From NCBI GenBank assembly GCA_045803545.1, contig JBJMOW010000001.1, positions 1 through 64,000 of the forward strand: DNA of 64,000 nt. The letters run 5' to 3'. Shown here in pieces: positions 20,335-30,186 of this stretch. How positions within the stretch are numbered: position 1 is the stretch's first letter; each line of letters starts with the position of its first letter. Under the pieces are notes generated by a model. The model did no database searches. It worked only from the letters and a program-made list of their open reading frames with translations, and was not told the DNA's origin. A program made the translations under genes and the position numbers. The DNA is from Gemmatimonadaceae bacterium (lineage in GTDB: Bacteria > Gemmatimonadota > Gemmatimonadetes > Gemmatimonadales > Gemmatimonadaceae).

Positions 20335-23300
20335 GCCAAAAAATACTCCCTGGTCATGTCTGCTGCATCTTCGCAGGCAGCTCTTGTTTCCTGCTACCCT
20401 GCTGCTGATCGCCGGGTGTTCTCGCTCATCGGAGCCCACTGTCTTCAGGCTGCTAACGCCGAGCGAAACAGGCATCGACTTCGCGAACACCATTACCGCG
20501 ACTGATTCGTTCAACGTTCAAACCGACGTCTACATCTACAATGGCGCCGGGGTCGCCGTCGGAGACATCGACAACGACGGGCTGCCCGACATTTTCTTCA
20601 GCGGCAACATGGTTTCGAGCCGGCTGTACCTGAACAAAGGCTCGATGAAGTTCGCGGACATCACCAAATCGGCCGGCGTTGCGACGACGCGCTGGGCGAC
20701 CGGCGCCAGCATGGTCGATATCAACGGCGATGGCCTGCTCGACATCTACGTGTCGGTCTCCGGTCCTGAGCGCTTGAGAGCAGCGGACAGGGCGAACCTT
20801 CTCTTCGTCAACAACGGCAATCACACTTTTACCGAGGAGGCCGCCAGATACGGCATCGCAGACACAGGATTCACAACGCATGCGGCATTTCTGGACTACG
20901 ATCGTGACGGGTGTCTCGACCTTTTCGTACTGAACAACTCTCCGAGGGATTTCACGCGCGGGGTAGCGAGCCACCCCACCGCAGTCCGCGATTCGACGCC
21001 GGGAAGCGTGAATCAGCTCTATCACAACGATTGTCCTGAGGGGAAGCCGGGACATTTCACGAATGTCTCAGCGGATGCCGGGATTCTTCACGACGCAGGG
21101 TACGGACTAGGCGTGGCCATTGGCGACGTTAATGGAGATGGCTGGCCGGACATCTATGTATCGAACGACGGAATGCCCAACGATGTCCTCTATCTGAACA
21201 ATCGCAACGGCACATTCACCAATATCGCGGCGAAATCATTTAGGCACACGAGTCAGGCCGGAATGGGCGTTGACATCGCCGATTTCAACAACGATGGGCG
21301 CGAAGACATTCTGCAGGTGGATATGTTGCCGGGCGATCTGCCGCGCCGAAAGAGAACGAACGGAACCACAACGATGAGCAGCGCTACTGACGCGTTGCGC
21401 CGGGGGTACCGGATTGATTACTCGCAAAACGCTTTACAGCTGAACAACGGCACAACGACGGATGGGCTGCCCGTGTTCAGCGAGATTAGCCGCATGGCCG
21501 GCGTATCCGGCACCGACTGGAGTTGGAGCGCCTTGTTCGCCGATTTCGACAACGATGGATACAAGGACATCTTCATCGGCAACGGCTACCCCAAAGCGGT
21601 CAACGACCTCGACTACATGGCCCCGGCGTACAGTGCAATGCGGAGCGGAAATAACGCGCTCGCACGACGGATGATCAGAGAACTTCCAGAGTACGCATTT
21701 CCGAATTACGTCTTTCGTAACAACGGGGATCTCACGTTTACAAATAAGACCAAGCTCTGGGGAATGGATCAGCCGAGCCTCTCCTATGGTGCTGCGTACG
21801 CCGATCTTAACAACGACGGCAAACTCGATTTAGTCGTCAACAACATCAACGGACCAGCATTCGTCTACGAGAACGTGCTACCAACGAGCGACGCGGACCA
21901 CTACCTCGAACTCGGATTGAAGGGCGATTCCCCGAGACTGCTCACCGCCGGCATTGGAGCACAGGTCATCGTGACGACGGCGGGTAGAAAACAATATCTC
22001 TACAGCTCGCCATACCGCGGCTTCATGTCGTCGATGGACAGTCGACTTCACATCGGACTCGGCAAGGCCACTCGCGTCGATACGCTCGAAGTCGATTGGC
22101 CCGATGGGCGGCGACAGCTTCTAACCAATGTTCCCGCGGACCGACTGCTGGTAGTGAGGCAGGCCGGTGTGAAGCCCGCCGAAATTCCTCCAGCTGTCAA
22201 AAATCCAGCTGCCGTGGCCAAGTGGTTTGAAGAAGTTCGGCTGCCTGGTCTCGCCTACACACAACCCGCGGCGTTTCGATCTGACTTTACGATTCAGCCA
22301 TTGCTTCCCTACATGATCTCCGCCCATGGGCCGGCCCTCGCCGCCGGAGACGTAAATGGCGATGGCCTGGACGACATTTACATCGGCGGTAGTCCGGGCG
22401 TCGCCGGGAGACTGTTCATCCAGCAAAAGAACGGCGGCTTCATTGAGTCGGCGCAAGGCCAGCCATGGGAAGCCGACAAAGCGTTTGACGATTGGTGCGC
22501 GGTCTTCTTCGACGCGAACGGAGATGGTAAACCCGACCTTTACGTGGCGAGTGGCAACTACAGCCAGGCTAATGGCTCACCATTACTGCAGGATCGCCTT
22601 TACATCAATCAAGGCGGTGGCCGGTTTGTTCGGAGTTCCAACGCGCTCCCGCCAATGTTAACGAGCAAAGGAGTCGTGCGCGTCGGCGATTACAATGGCG
22701 ACGGGCGTCCGGATTTGTTTGTGGGTGGCCGGTTGACGCCGCGCAAGTATCCGTATCCGACGCGCAGCTACATCCTTCGCAATGACGGTGGCGGCCGATT
22801 CACCGACGTCACGGAGCAGCTCGCGCCGATGCTGTTGAATCCCGGCGGCATGATCACTGACGCCGCCTGGGTCGATTTCGATGGAGACGGGCGGCTGGAC
22901 CTGGTGACAGTCGGCGAGTGGATGCCGATTCAGTTCATGAAGAACGAAGTCAATCGCTTTTCAGATGTCACTTCGTCGACCGGTCTCTCTTCCGATCGGG
23001 GGTGGTGGTTCAGCATCGCCACCGGCGATTTCGACGGCGACGGCCGTCCTGACATCGTCGCCGGCAATCTCGGTTTGAACTACACGTACGGGACATCGAA
23101 GGATACAACTTTTGAAGTCTACGCAAACAGCTTCACCGGCAATCAGACGACAGACGTCGTGCTCGCAGACAGAATCAATGGCACTTCGTACTCTCTCGCC
23201 GGCATGTCACCGCTCGGACGCGACGTTTACACAACGGGAATAAGATTCCCAACCTTTGGCTCATACGCCGTGGCAACCCTGAATCAGCTGTTCGGTCAAG

Positions 23301-23710
23301 AACAGTTAAAACAGTCGCTGCATTATGAGGTTGATACGTTTGCCAGCGTATTCCTGCACAACGATGGTGGTGGAAAGTTCACCATGACGAAGCTGCCGAG
23401 CGCGGCGCAGATCTCACCGATCAAAGGCATTGTCGCGCGCGACATCGACGGCGATGGTCACCTCGATCTCGTGGTCGCCGGCAACTTGTACGAGACGGAG
23501 CCGAATACTCCGCGAGCTGACGCAAGCAACGGCCTGTGGCTGAGAGGTGACGGCAAAGGCCGCTTCTTAGCGATTTCCTCTGTCGAGAGCGGCTTTCTGG
23601 CGCCTCGCGATGCATGGGGGCTGTCGCTGCTGGGAACCCCTGAGGGTGAAATGATTGTCGTGCCGAACGTGGCGGATTCTCTACAGATCTTCCGACTTCG
23701 CAGACGCTGA
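20333..23710 (+). CDS. FG-GAP/VCBS repeat + ASPIC/UnbV lipoprotein
   Basis: Lipobox LIAGC; YNGAGVAVGDIDNDG; TDWSWSALFADFDNDG; RGFMSS...LHIGLG...VDWPDG; second FG-GAP propeller; start uncertain. Confidence 0.88.
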   Translation: MPKNTPWSCLLHLRRQLLFPATLLLIAGCSRSSEPTVFRLLTPSETGIDFANTITATDSFNVQTDVYIYNGAGVAVGDIDNDGLPDIFFSGNMVSSRLYLNKGSMKFADITKSAGVATTRWATGASMVDINGDGLLDIYVSVSGPERLRAADRANLLFVNNGNHTFTEEAARYGIADTGFTTHAAFLDYDRDGCLDLFVLNNSPRDFTRGVASHPTAVRDSTPGSVNQLYHNDCPEGKPGHFTNVSADAGILHDAGYGLGVAIGDVNGDGWPDIYVSNDGMPNDVLYLNNRNGTFTNIAAKSFRHTSQAGMGVDIADFNNDGREDILQVDMLPGDLPRRKRTNGTTTMSSATDALRRGYRIDYSQNALQLNNGTTTDGLPVFSEISRMAGVSGTDWSWSALFADFDNDGYKDIFIGNGYPKAVNDLDYMAPAYSAMRSGNNALARRMIRELPEYAFPNYVFRNNGDLTFTNKTKLWGMDQPSLSYGAAYADLNNDGKLDLVVNNINGPAFVYENVLPTSDADHYLELGLKGDSPRLLTAGIGAQVIVTTAGRKQYLYSSPYRGFMSSMDSRLHIGLGKATRVDTLEVDWPDGRRQLLTNVPADRLLVVRQAGVKPAEIPPAVKNPAAVAKWFEEVRLPGLAYTQPAAFRSDFTIQPLLPYMISAHGPALAAGDVNGDGLDDIYIGGSPGVAGRLFIQQKNGGFIESAQGQPWEADKAFDDWCAVFFDANGDGKPDLYVASGNYSQANGSPLLQDRLYINQGGGRFVRSSNALPPMLTSKGVVRVGDYNGDGRPDLFVGGRLTPRKYPYPTRSYILRNDGGGRFTDVTEQLAPMLLNPGGMITDAAWVDFDGDGRLDLVTVGEWMPIQFMKNEVNRFSDVTSSTGLSSDRGWWFSIATGDFDGDGRPDIVAGNLGLNYTYGTSKDTTFEVYANSFTGNQTTDVVLADRINGTSYSLAGMSPLGRDVYTTGIRFPTFGSYAVATLNQLFGQEQLKQSLHYEVDTFASVFLHNDGGGKFTMTKLPSAAQISPIKGIVARDIDGDGHLDLVVAGNLYETEPNTPRADASNGLWLRGDGKGRFLAISSVESGFLAPRDAWGLSLLGTPEGEMIVVPNVADSLQIFRLRRR

Positions 23711-23730
23711 GGTCACCAGCTGTGCAAAAC

Positions 23731-23759
23731 AAAAGGGACGGCTTTCGCCGTCCCTTTTT
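23731..23759. terminator. bidirectional Rho-independent terminator
   Basis: AAAAGGGACGGC-TTTC-GCCGTCCCTTTTT between convergent genes. Confidence 0.85.
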
Positions 23760-23774
23760 CTTGCCGCCGGACTA

Positions 23775-25604
23775 TTACCAGCCCGGATTCTGCTTCAGCG
23801 TCAACTCCCCGCCTTGCTTACTGATGTCAATCTGATCCTGCGGAATCGCGTAGAAGCGGTGACGATCTGCGAAAGCTTCCGCGGATGTCTTGTATGTGCG
23901 CCGCGTGTCTTCGCGACCACCGTTGCTTCCCCAGGGGGCCGCTCCGGTGCCGGTCAGATATCCATTGATGACGGCCTTCGCGTACGTCATTCCGTACCGA
24001 CGGAGGTCGAATAGCCGCTGACCTTCCATCGCCAGCTCGAGACGACGCTCCATGCGTACAGCTTCACGAGCGTAGTTCGCATCCGGGAATGCCGGATACA
24101 GGCCAATCCGGTACGTCGCCCACGTAATTCTTGTGTCAGTCGGCGAAATAGCCATATCGGCGCGATTAGTTCCGGGACCCTGCGCAGTGACTCCCGCGCG
24201 TGTCCTGATCTGGTTCACGATAGCCAGTGCGCCAGGAAGATTGCCGGTTTCCACATCGGCTTCCGCCAGCATTAAGAGCAAATCGGCGTAGCGATAGAGG
24301 TGGATGTTGATCGAGCTTTGCTGCTGCGGCTGCCAACCAACCGTAGCCTCCTGCCCACTGCCTTTTTCGTGAATGATCTTCTTGGGCATGTAGGGTCCGC
24401 CGTTCGCCTGATCGCGAACCCAGGTAATGCTGTACTTGCCCCAATCCTTGAACGGAACGCCGTCGCGACCAACTGTCCAATCCAGGCGCGGATCGACAGG
24501 CTGCATATCACCTGCGACAAACGCGCTGCTTTGACTGTTCCATGTCGTCGGTGATGTCAGCGCCAGGGGAAGTCCGGTGGCGGCGTCTGTCTTGAAGAAG
24601 TTCACAAGGTTGATCGCGGGCGGATCGAAGCCGCAGCACTGGAAGTGGCTCGGCGCATATGGGAAGTTCAAACGCTCGCCGAAGTTCGAGTTTGCAGCAT
24701 TTGGCTCGCCATCCTGCGACGACGCCTGGTATGCGAAGATTGTTTCCGGACCGTTCTGAGCATCCGAATACGCCGACCAGACGCGATCAAAGCTTGTCTC
24801 AAGGCCATACACACCGCTCGCTACAACCTCCTCAAACACGGTGCGAGCGGCGGCGTACTGATGGTCGTACATCAAGACGCGCCCCTTGTATGCCTTTGCC
24901 GTCCAGACCGTCGCCCGTCCCTTCTGACCGTTACGCGGGGTAGTCGGGAGCAGCGCGATCGCCGCGTCGAGATCCTTCAGGATATCGGTGACGACTACGG
25001 TCGAATCTTCGTTTGCTTTGCGGAAGTCCGTATCATCTTCACGATAGTACGGAATGTTCCCCCACATCCGATAAGCTTCGAAGTGGTAATGGGCCCGCAG
25101 GAAGATCGCTTCGCCCTCGATTCCCTTTTGATCTACGAGTGCAATTTCATTCGGGCTCGCAGCGACAACCTGCTTCAGCAACCGAATCGTTGAATTCGCG
25201 CGAACGACGCCTTCGTACACCTGCTGCCATTTGACGCTGAGGTACTCTGCAGCCGAGCCAGAGCCCCAGTGATAGCCTTCGATATCATTGATGGGCGGCT
25301 GATCGAGTCCGTCCGATCCCTTATACGAGTCGTCGCTAGCGACGCTACCGAAGACCCAGTTACTGGCCGCACATCCCCAGTTACCGCTTGTCGCATCTGT
25401 ACAATCCAGAGTGCGATAGGCGGCAACCAAGCTTCCCTCTACGCCTGACTTGGTAGCCAGCGTAGCGGCGATGACGCTTCCCTGCGGCTCGGCCGCATTC
25501 TGCAGGAAGTCCTTGCATCCGTACAGCGCGGCTGACGCAAGGATCACTAACGCCGAACTACGGAGCAGTGAGTTTTTTGAAGTGAATTCCATTGTTTGCT
25601 TCAT
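23775..25604 (-). CDS. SusD/RagB family outer-membrane lipoprotein
   Basis: Lipobox LYGC, GEAIFLRAHYHF, DPRL, YRYADLLLMLAEA, ERRLELAMEGQRLFDLRR, C-terminal QNPGW. Confidence 0.93.
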   Translation of the reverse strand: MKQTMEFTSKNSLLRSSALVILASAALYGCKDFLQNAAEPQGSVIAATLATKSGVEGSLVAAYRTLDCTDATSGNWGCAASNWVFGSVASDDSYKGSDGLDQPPINDIEGYHWGSGSAAEYLSVKWQQVYEGVVRANSTIRLLKQVVAASPNEIALVDQKGIEGEAIFLRAHYHFEAYRMWGNIPYYREDDTDFRKANEDSTVVVTDILKDLDAAIALLPTTPRNGQKGRATVWTAKAYKGRVLMYDHQYAAARTVFEEVVASGVYGLETSFDRVWSAYSDAQNGPETIFAYQASSQDGEPNAANSNFGERLNFPYAPSHFQCCGFDPPAINLVNFFKTDAATGLPLALTSPTTWNSQSSAFVAGDMQPVDPRLDWTVGRDGVPFKDWGKYSITWVRDQANGGPYMPKKIIHEKGSGQEATVGWQPQQQSSINIHLYRYADLLLMLAEADVETGNLPGALAIVNQIRTRAGVTAQGPGTNRADMAISPTDTRITWATYRIGLYPAFPDANYAREAVRMERRLELAMEGQRLFDLRRYGMTYAKAVINGYLTGTGAAPWGSNGGREDTRRTYKTSAEAFADRHRFYAIPQDQIDISKQGGELTLKQNPGW

Positions 25605-25620
25605 CCTTGTGTGAGCTGCG

Positions 25621-28600
25621 TTAGAAAGAGGTCGAAATGCCAAAGCTGAAGACCTTGTTCGTCGGATACGATCCGCGGTCTACACCCATGAACTGGTCGC
25701 GAATGTCACCGGCCGCGCCTGTCTGGTTGCCCGGCGGAATTGCTGGGTCCAAGCCAGGATAGTTCGTGTGCGTCCAGAGGTTGTCGCCCTGAAGATAGAC
25801 ACGCGCGCCCGGCAGATATCTCGCAGCCCCAGGCAGCGTGTAGCCGATCTGGACGTTGCGCAGACGCGTGTACGACCCATCCTCGACGTAATAGCTGCTT
25901 GGTACGCCACTATAAGTGTCGTTGATGTCCAGAATCGGATATTTCGCATTCTGGTTCGTCGGCGACCACGAGGCCGACAGCCGGTCTTTCAGAACGTTCG
26001 TCTGGAAGTCACGGAAGACATAGAAGTCCTTCTGGTTGTCGAAGATCTTGTTTCCGTAGGTGCCAAAGATTGTCGCACTTGCATCCCAGCTCCCGCGATG
26101 GGCGCCAAGATCGATACCCATCGTGAACTTCGGATGCGGACTGCCGATGACCGTGCGGTCCAGATTGTCGACGACGCCGTCGCCGTTCACATCCTTGAAC
26201 TTGATGCGACCCGGCGCTGCACCGTCCTGGCAGGGTGTGCCAGTCAGGCCGGTTCCCACGCCGCAATTGCCGGCGGCGAGGTGTGCCGTCGCATCCGCCT
26301 GATCGCGGAAGTAGCCATCCGCAACCAAGCCGTAGAACGAACCGATCGGCTGACCAACCTGATTGATGACGGCCTGCCCTTCGCGCAACGGATTCGGTCC
26401 AAAGAAGTGGTCCTGAATACCGTCGATCGAAACAATCTTGTTCTTATAGTGGCTGCCGTTGAACGCGATGTTCCACCACGATGCAGTGTGCCCGACGGAG
26501 AAGTCGAAGCCTTTGTTCTCCATCTTGCCGATATTGACGATTGGTGGGCTTGCGACACCAGCTGTCGCCGGCGTTCTCGGGTCAAACAGCAGGTTGTTCG
26601 TCTTACGGTTGTAGACGTCAACTACGACGTTGAACATGCCGTTGAGGAGGACCATGTCAGCGCCGATGTTGCTGGAGCGGTTCTCTTCCCACTTCAGGTC
26701 CGGATTTCCCTGCGCGGCCTGACGGACGCCGGGAGCGATACTCTGGTTTGAGCCAGTGATGTCGTAGAACGTATCGCCGCGGTCTCCACCGTACGTCGAG
26801 ACAATGCGACCCGACGGAATGTTCTGGTTACCGGTGACGCCCCAACCGTACCGAAGCATCACGTCAGAAAGGAATCTGTTGCCGGAAAGGAATGGCTCGT
26901 TGGTGATGTGCCACCCAAGCCCGAAAGCCGGGAACGTACCCCAACGGTGACCGGGCGCGAGATTGGACGAGCCATCGCGGCGCAGCGTATAGCTCGCCAC
27001 GTACTTGTCGCCGAAGTTGTATCCGATCTTGCCAAACAACGAAAGCAGCGCGTTTTTGCCACCGAAACTGTTCACGAATTTCGTGGTCGGATTACCGAGG
27101 GCATCCTGCAGATACCGCGAGTCAAGGCCCGAATTGAGCAGGGAGGACATCCCGGCGTCGATCTGTCGGAATGTGCCGTGGCTGGCTTCCTGCCCAGCCA
27201 GAAGGTCGAAGCTGCTCCTACCCAGCGATTTCAGATATCTCGCTGTATTGGACCACGACCAGTTGTACTTGTTATAGTCGCCCTCGAAAATCGAGTTCGT
27301 GAAGTTCGCTTCGTTGTTCTGGGGCGTGATATCGTTGAAGCCGGTCCAGTTGTTCTGCCTGAGATCGAAGCCGAGGTTTGTCTTGAAGACAAGCGCCGGC
27401 AGGATGTCGTAGGACGCAAATGCGTTGCCGAACGCCGTGTTGAATTTGTTGACGTTGTCCTTCTGTGCGAACGCAACCTGAAGCGGGTTGGTGTTATTGA
27501 TACCCGGGACACCTCTACCACCCGCGAAATTTCCGGCGACGTCGTACACCGAGACAATCGGTTGGGTCAGAATGTCTTTACCGAGAACCCCGCCTTCTCC
27601 GTTGGTGTCGTCGAACGTGCCAGTACCACCATATTGACGCGCCAACGTCAACGCCACGTTTTCGCCGAAGTTGAACTTGCTGCGATTGAAGGAGGTGTTG
27701 GCGCGGAGGCTTCCTCTGCGGTAATCGGTATAGGCCGCCGTTCCCTTCTGGTCGAAATAGTTGCCCGACACCGTATACGCGTTGGCGTCGCTGCCGCCTC
27801 TGACGTCGAGATTGTAATCGTTGACCGGAGCCGAGCCCCACACTGCCTTCCACCAGTTGGTGCCGGCGCTGCCGGGCTCGATCAGGGTGTTCGGGTACGC
27901 GTAGCCAGTAAGATCGACTTGTGTTGGGCGACCAAACGCATCCCTCGCAAGCACCAGGTCGGGAGACGCGTAGGTATATAACGGGATCGACGGATTATTC
28001 GGATCGCCCCAAATCGCCTGAAGTGCGGGCGTTACCGGCTTGCCGGCGTTGTCGTAGCCGGCTTTGATGACCTGGAAGTAATCGAGCGAGTTCGTCATCA
28101 GCATGTCGTCCAAACCACGTACCGGCGTCTGCACACCGGTCCTGAAGCGCAGCGTGGTCTGCGGCGCGCCAGTGATACCCTTCTTCGTTGTTTCGATTAG
28201 TACCACGCCGTTACCGGCGCGCGAGCCGTAAATCGATGCCGCCGACGCGTCCTTCAAGACCTGAATCGAGGTGATGTCGTTAGGATTCAGGAAATCGAGG
28301 TAAGAGTCGGAAACGGCCATTCCATCGACGATATAAAGCGGATCGTTGTTCTGGAACGAGCTGATACCGCGGATACGAACTGTATTGCGAGCGCCTGGCG
28401 CACCGCTCGTCGTCACTGTCACGCCGGGAACGGTTGCGTCCATCGCCTTGAGCACACTCGCCTGCGTCTGCTTCGTCGCTGACTCGACATTGACGCTGGA
28501 CACCGCGCCAGTGATGTCACCGCGACGCTGCTCGGTATAAGCGGTTACGACGACTTCTTCCAGGTATGGCACCTGGGCCATCGTGACGTCGACCGTGCCG

Positions 28601-28911
28601 CGTCCAGCGACTGTCGTTTGGACAGGGCGCTGTCCGACGAGTGAGAAGGTTAGCACAGCGTCCGAAGGCGCTGTGATGCGATACTTTCCGCTGGCGTCGG
28701 TGATCGTGCGGGCATCCGTGCCCTGCACGCGTACCGTCACGCCTGGCAGCGGAGTGCCGCCTGTTGATGTCACGGTTCCGGTGACCGCGACGTTTTGCGC
28801 GAATGCAGTTCCGCTGATTACGAGCGCCAGAACAAAGCTCAGCGCCGCTGCGCAGATGGAGCGCCAGCGTCCGTTTCGGACTGCATCACTTCCATACGAC
28901 TTCCTTTCCAT
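25621..28911 (-). CDS. SusC/RagA family TonB-dependent receptor
   Basis: N-terminal CarboxypepD_reg-like domain, LEEVVVTAY, IRGISS, PLYIVDG, VLKDASAASIYGSRAGNGV, NPDLKWE, terminal Phe. Confidence 0.95.
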   Translation of the reverse strand: MERKSYGSDAVRNGRWRSICAAALSFVLALVISGTAFAQNVAVTGTVTSTGGTPLPGVTVRVQGTDARTITDASGKYRITAPSDAVLTFSLVGQRPVQTTVAGRGTVDVTMAQVPYLEEVVVTAYTEQRRGDITGAVSSVNVESATKQTQASVLKAMDATVPGVTVTTSGAPGARNTVRIRGISSFQNNDPLYIVDGMAVSDSYLDFLNPNDITSIQVLKDASAASIYGSRAGNGVVLIETTKKGITGAPQTTLRFRTGVQTPVRGLDDMLMTNSLDYFQVIKAGYDNAGKPVTPALQAIWGDPNNPSIPLYTYASPDLVLARDAFGRPTQVDLTGYAYPNTLIEPGSAGTNWWKAVWGSAPVNDYNLDVRGGSDANAYTVSGNYFDQKGTAAYTDYRRGSLRANTSFNRSKFNFGENVALTLARQYGGTGTFDDTNGEGGVLGKDILTQPIVSVYDVAGNFAGGRGVPGINNTNPLQVAFAQKDNVNKFNTAFGNAFASYDILPALVFKTNLGFDLRQNNWTGFNDITPQNNEANFTNSIFEGDYNKYNWSWSNTARYLKSLGRSSFDLLAGQEASHGTFRQIDAGMSSLLNSGLDSRYLQDALGNPTTKFVNSFGGKNALLSLFGKIGYNFGDKYVASYTLRRDGSSNLAPGHRWGTFPAFGLGWHITNEPFLSGNRFLSDVMLRYGWGVTGNQNIPSGRIVSTYGGDRGDTFYDITGSNQSIAPGVRQAAQGNPDLKWEENRSSNIGADMVLLNGMFNVVVDVYNRKTNNLLFDPRTPATAGVASPPIVNIGKMENKGFDFSVGHTASWWNIAFNGSHYKNKIVSIDGIQDHFFGPNPLREGQAVINQVGQPIGSFYGLVADGYFRDQADATAHLAAGNCGVGTGLTGTPCQDGAAPGRIKFKDVNGDGVVDNLDRTVIGSPHPKFTMGIDLGAHRGSWDASATIFGTYGNKIFDNQKDFYVFRDFQTNVLKDRLSASWSPTNQNAKYPILDINDTYSGVPSSYYVEDGSYTRLRNVQIGYTLPGAARYLPGARVYLQGDNLWTHTNYPGLDPAIPPGNQTGAAGDIRDQFMGVDRGSYPTNKVFSFGISTSF

Positions 28912-28934
28912 GGTCTTCCTCCCAGTTGCTGCTA

Positions 28935-29861
28935 TCAGTTGGTTGCCTGCGGCCTGTGCATTGAGCCCAGGCCTTTCATCGCGATCAGCTGGCGATACGT
29001 GATGAGTCGAACATCGCGCGCTTTGAGGGCATCGCGCACGCGTTGCGATGTGATCGCATCCAATTCACCCTGGCGGTTTTTGCTCATGTCGGCGAGCGCA
29101 CCGTCGGTGTTCATGTCGACCAACGCGCCCAGCTCCGCGTTGTCGATCCCAAGATGCGTGACCACGAGGTTGATCCCCGGATTGAGGCGAGCGATCATCG
29201 CCACAAGGCTGTCGGCCTTGTCAGGTGGGGATGCTTCGTATTGGGGATTGCCTCTGGTCTCGCCGAAATACTGCGACATGCCAAGACCATACTCCCTGGC
29301 AAGCCGCTCCGTAAGAGCGCGGAACTCCGGCGAACTGACTGCAGCACCCATGTGAGAATCGACGTAGTCGATCTTCAACCCGGAGTGCAGCGCCCGTTCG
29401 ATTTGCGCCCGCAGCTCTTTCTCCACTTCACCGATGTTGGGATGGTTGCGGTGAAGCGCTTCTACGCTCTGAAAAAAATAGCCGTCCGCATCAACCAGCG
29501 ATGGAACGGCAGTACGACCAAGAATGGGACCCCAGCGATAATTCTTCCACTCTGAATTCAGCGTGAGGTGAATACCGACCGAGATATCCGGGTGGTGCTT
29601 GAGATTGTCTACGGTCTCCTGATACCACGGCGTCGGAAACATCACCGAAACCGAAACCGGAATGCCGCTGGAGATAATTTTCTCGAGCGCCATGTTGACG
29701 CTGTGGCTCATCCCGCCATCGTCCGTGCGGACGACGAGATAGATCGGCTCGGCCGCAGTCGGCCGAGTAGAAGACAAGCTCTGCGCAACGCCGCGACCCG
29801 GCGTGGCAGCAACCCACAAGTCAACTAACAGGAGCAGGGCGAACGAACGAAGCAGCCGCGT
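28935..29861 (-). CDS. YdjC/ChbG-family carbohydrate deacetylase (exported)
   Basis: RTDDGG, GIHLTLNSEW, YVDSHMG, THLG, RQGEL; start proposed at ACG 29861 behind GAGGAG (track start TTG 29819). Confidence 0.88.
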   Translation of the reverse strand, partial: TRLLRSFALLLLVDLWVAATPGRGVAQSLSSTRPTAAEPIYLVVRTDDGGMSHSVNMALEKIISSGIPVSVSVMFPTPWYQETVDNLKHHPDISVGIHLTLNSEWKNYRWGPILGRTAVPSLVDADGYFFQSVEALHRNHPNIGEVEKELRAQIERALHSGLKIDYVDSHMGAAVSSPEFRALTERLAREYGLGMSQYFGETRGNPQYEASPPDKADSLVAMIARLNPGINLVVTHLGIDNAELGALVDMNTDGALADMSKNRQGELDAITSQRVRDALKARDVRLITYRQLIAMKGLGSMHRPQATN

Positions 29862-29963
29862 ACGACTCTCCTCGAGACGGAATCGGGTGAAATTCTGTCT
29901 AGTGCAAATCGCGTCGTCTGGTCAGGCAACGCGAAACTCGAAACTATGGACTTGGGACACACT

Positions 29964-29992
29964 CTATTACGGCCGCGATTTTCCGTTGTCAA
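29964..29992 (-). promoter_or_regulatory. possible sigma70 promoter of deacetylase-susC-susD
   Basis: Perfect TTGACA, 17 bp, then weak -10 (TAATAG). Confidence 0.35.
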
Positions 29993-30127
29993 GTACGAGT
30001 TTGATTGGGCGGGCCCACCGGCGGTGAGCGGCTACTTCTGATCGGCCAGGGGTTCTCGGGGGAAATCCTGTCCCGCCCCTTACAAAATTCTTCATCGAAG
30101 CTCGCGCGCGTCCGCCGCGCCAACAGC

Positions 30128-30161
30128 AAAAAAAACCGCTCGGGAACGCCGAGCGGTTTTT
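30128..30161 (-). terminator. terminator downstream of the tRNA pair
   Basis: AAAAACCGCTCGG...CCGAGCGGTTTTT hairpin with A/T tails. Confidence 0.8.
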
Positions 30162-30186
30162 AAAAGTGAGACTCCATCATCAGTCA

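Noticed and set aside
9533..23710. Enediyne biosynthetic gene cluster
   Set aside because: No iterative PKSE, adjacent thioesterase or UnbL-like gene in the block; only UnbV/UnbU-like genes
29995..30125. Riboswitch upstream of the susC operon
   Set aside because: No recognisable cobalamin, TPP or other aptamer consensus by eye
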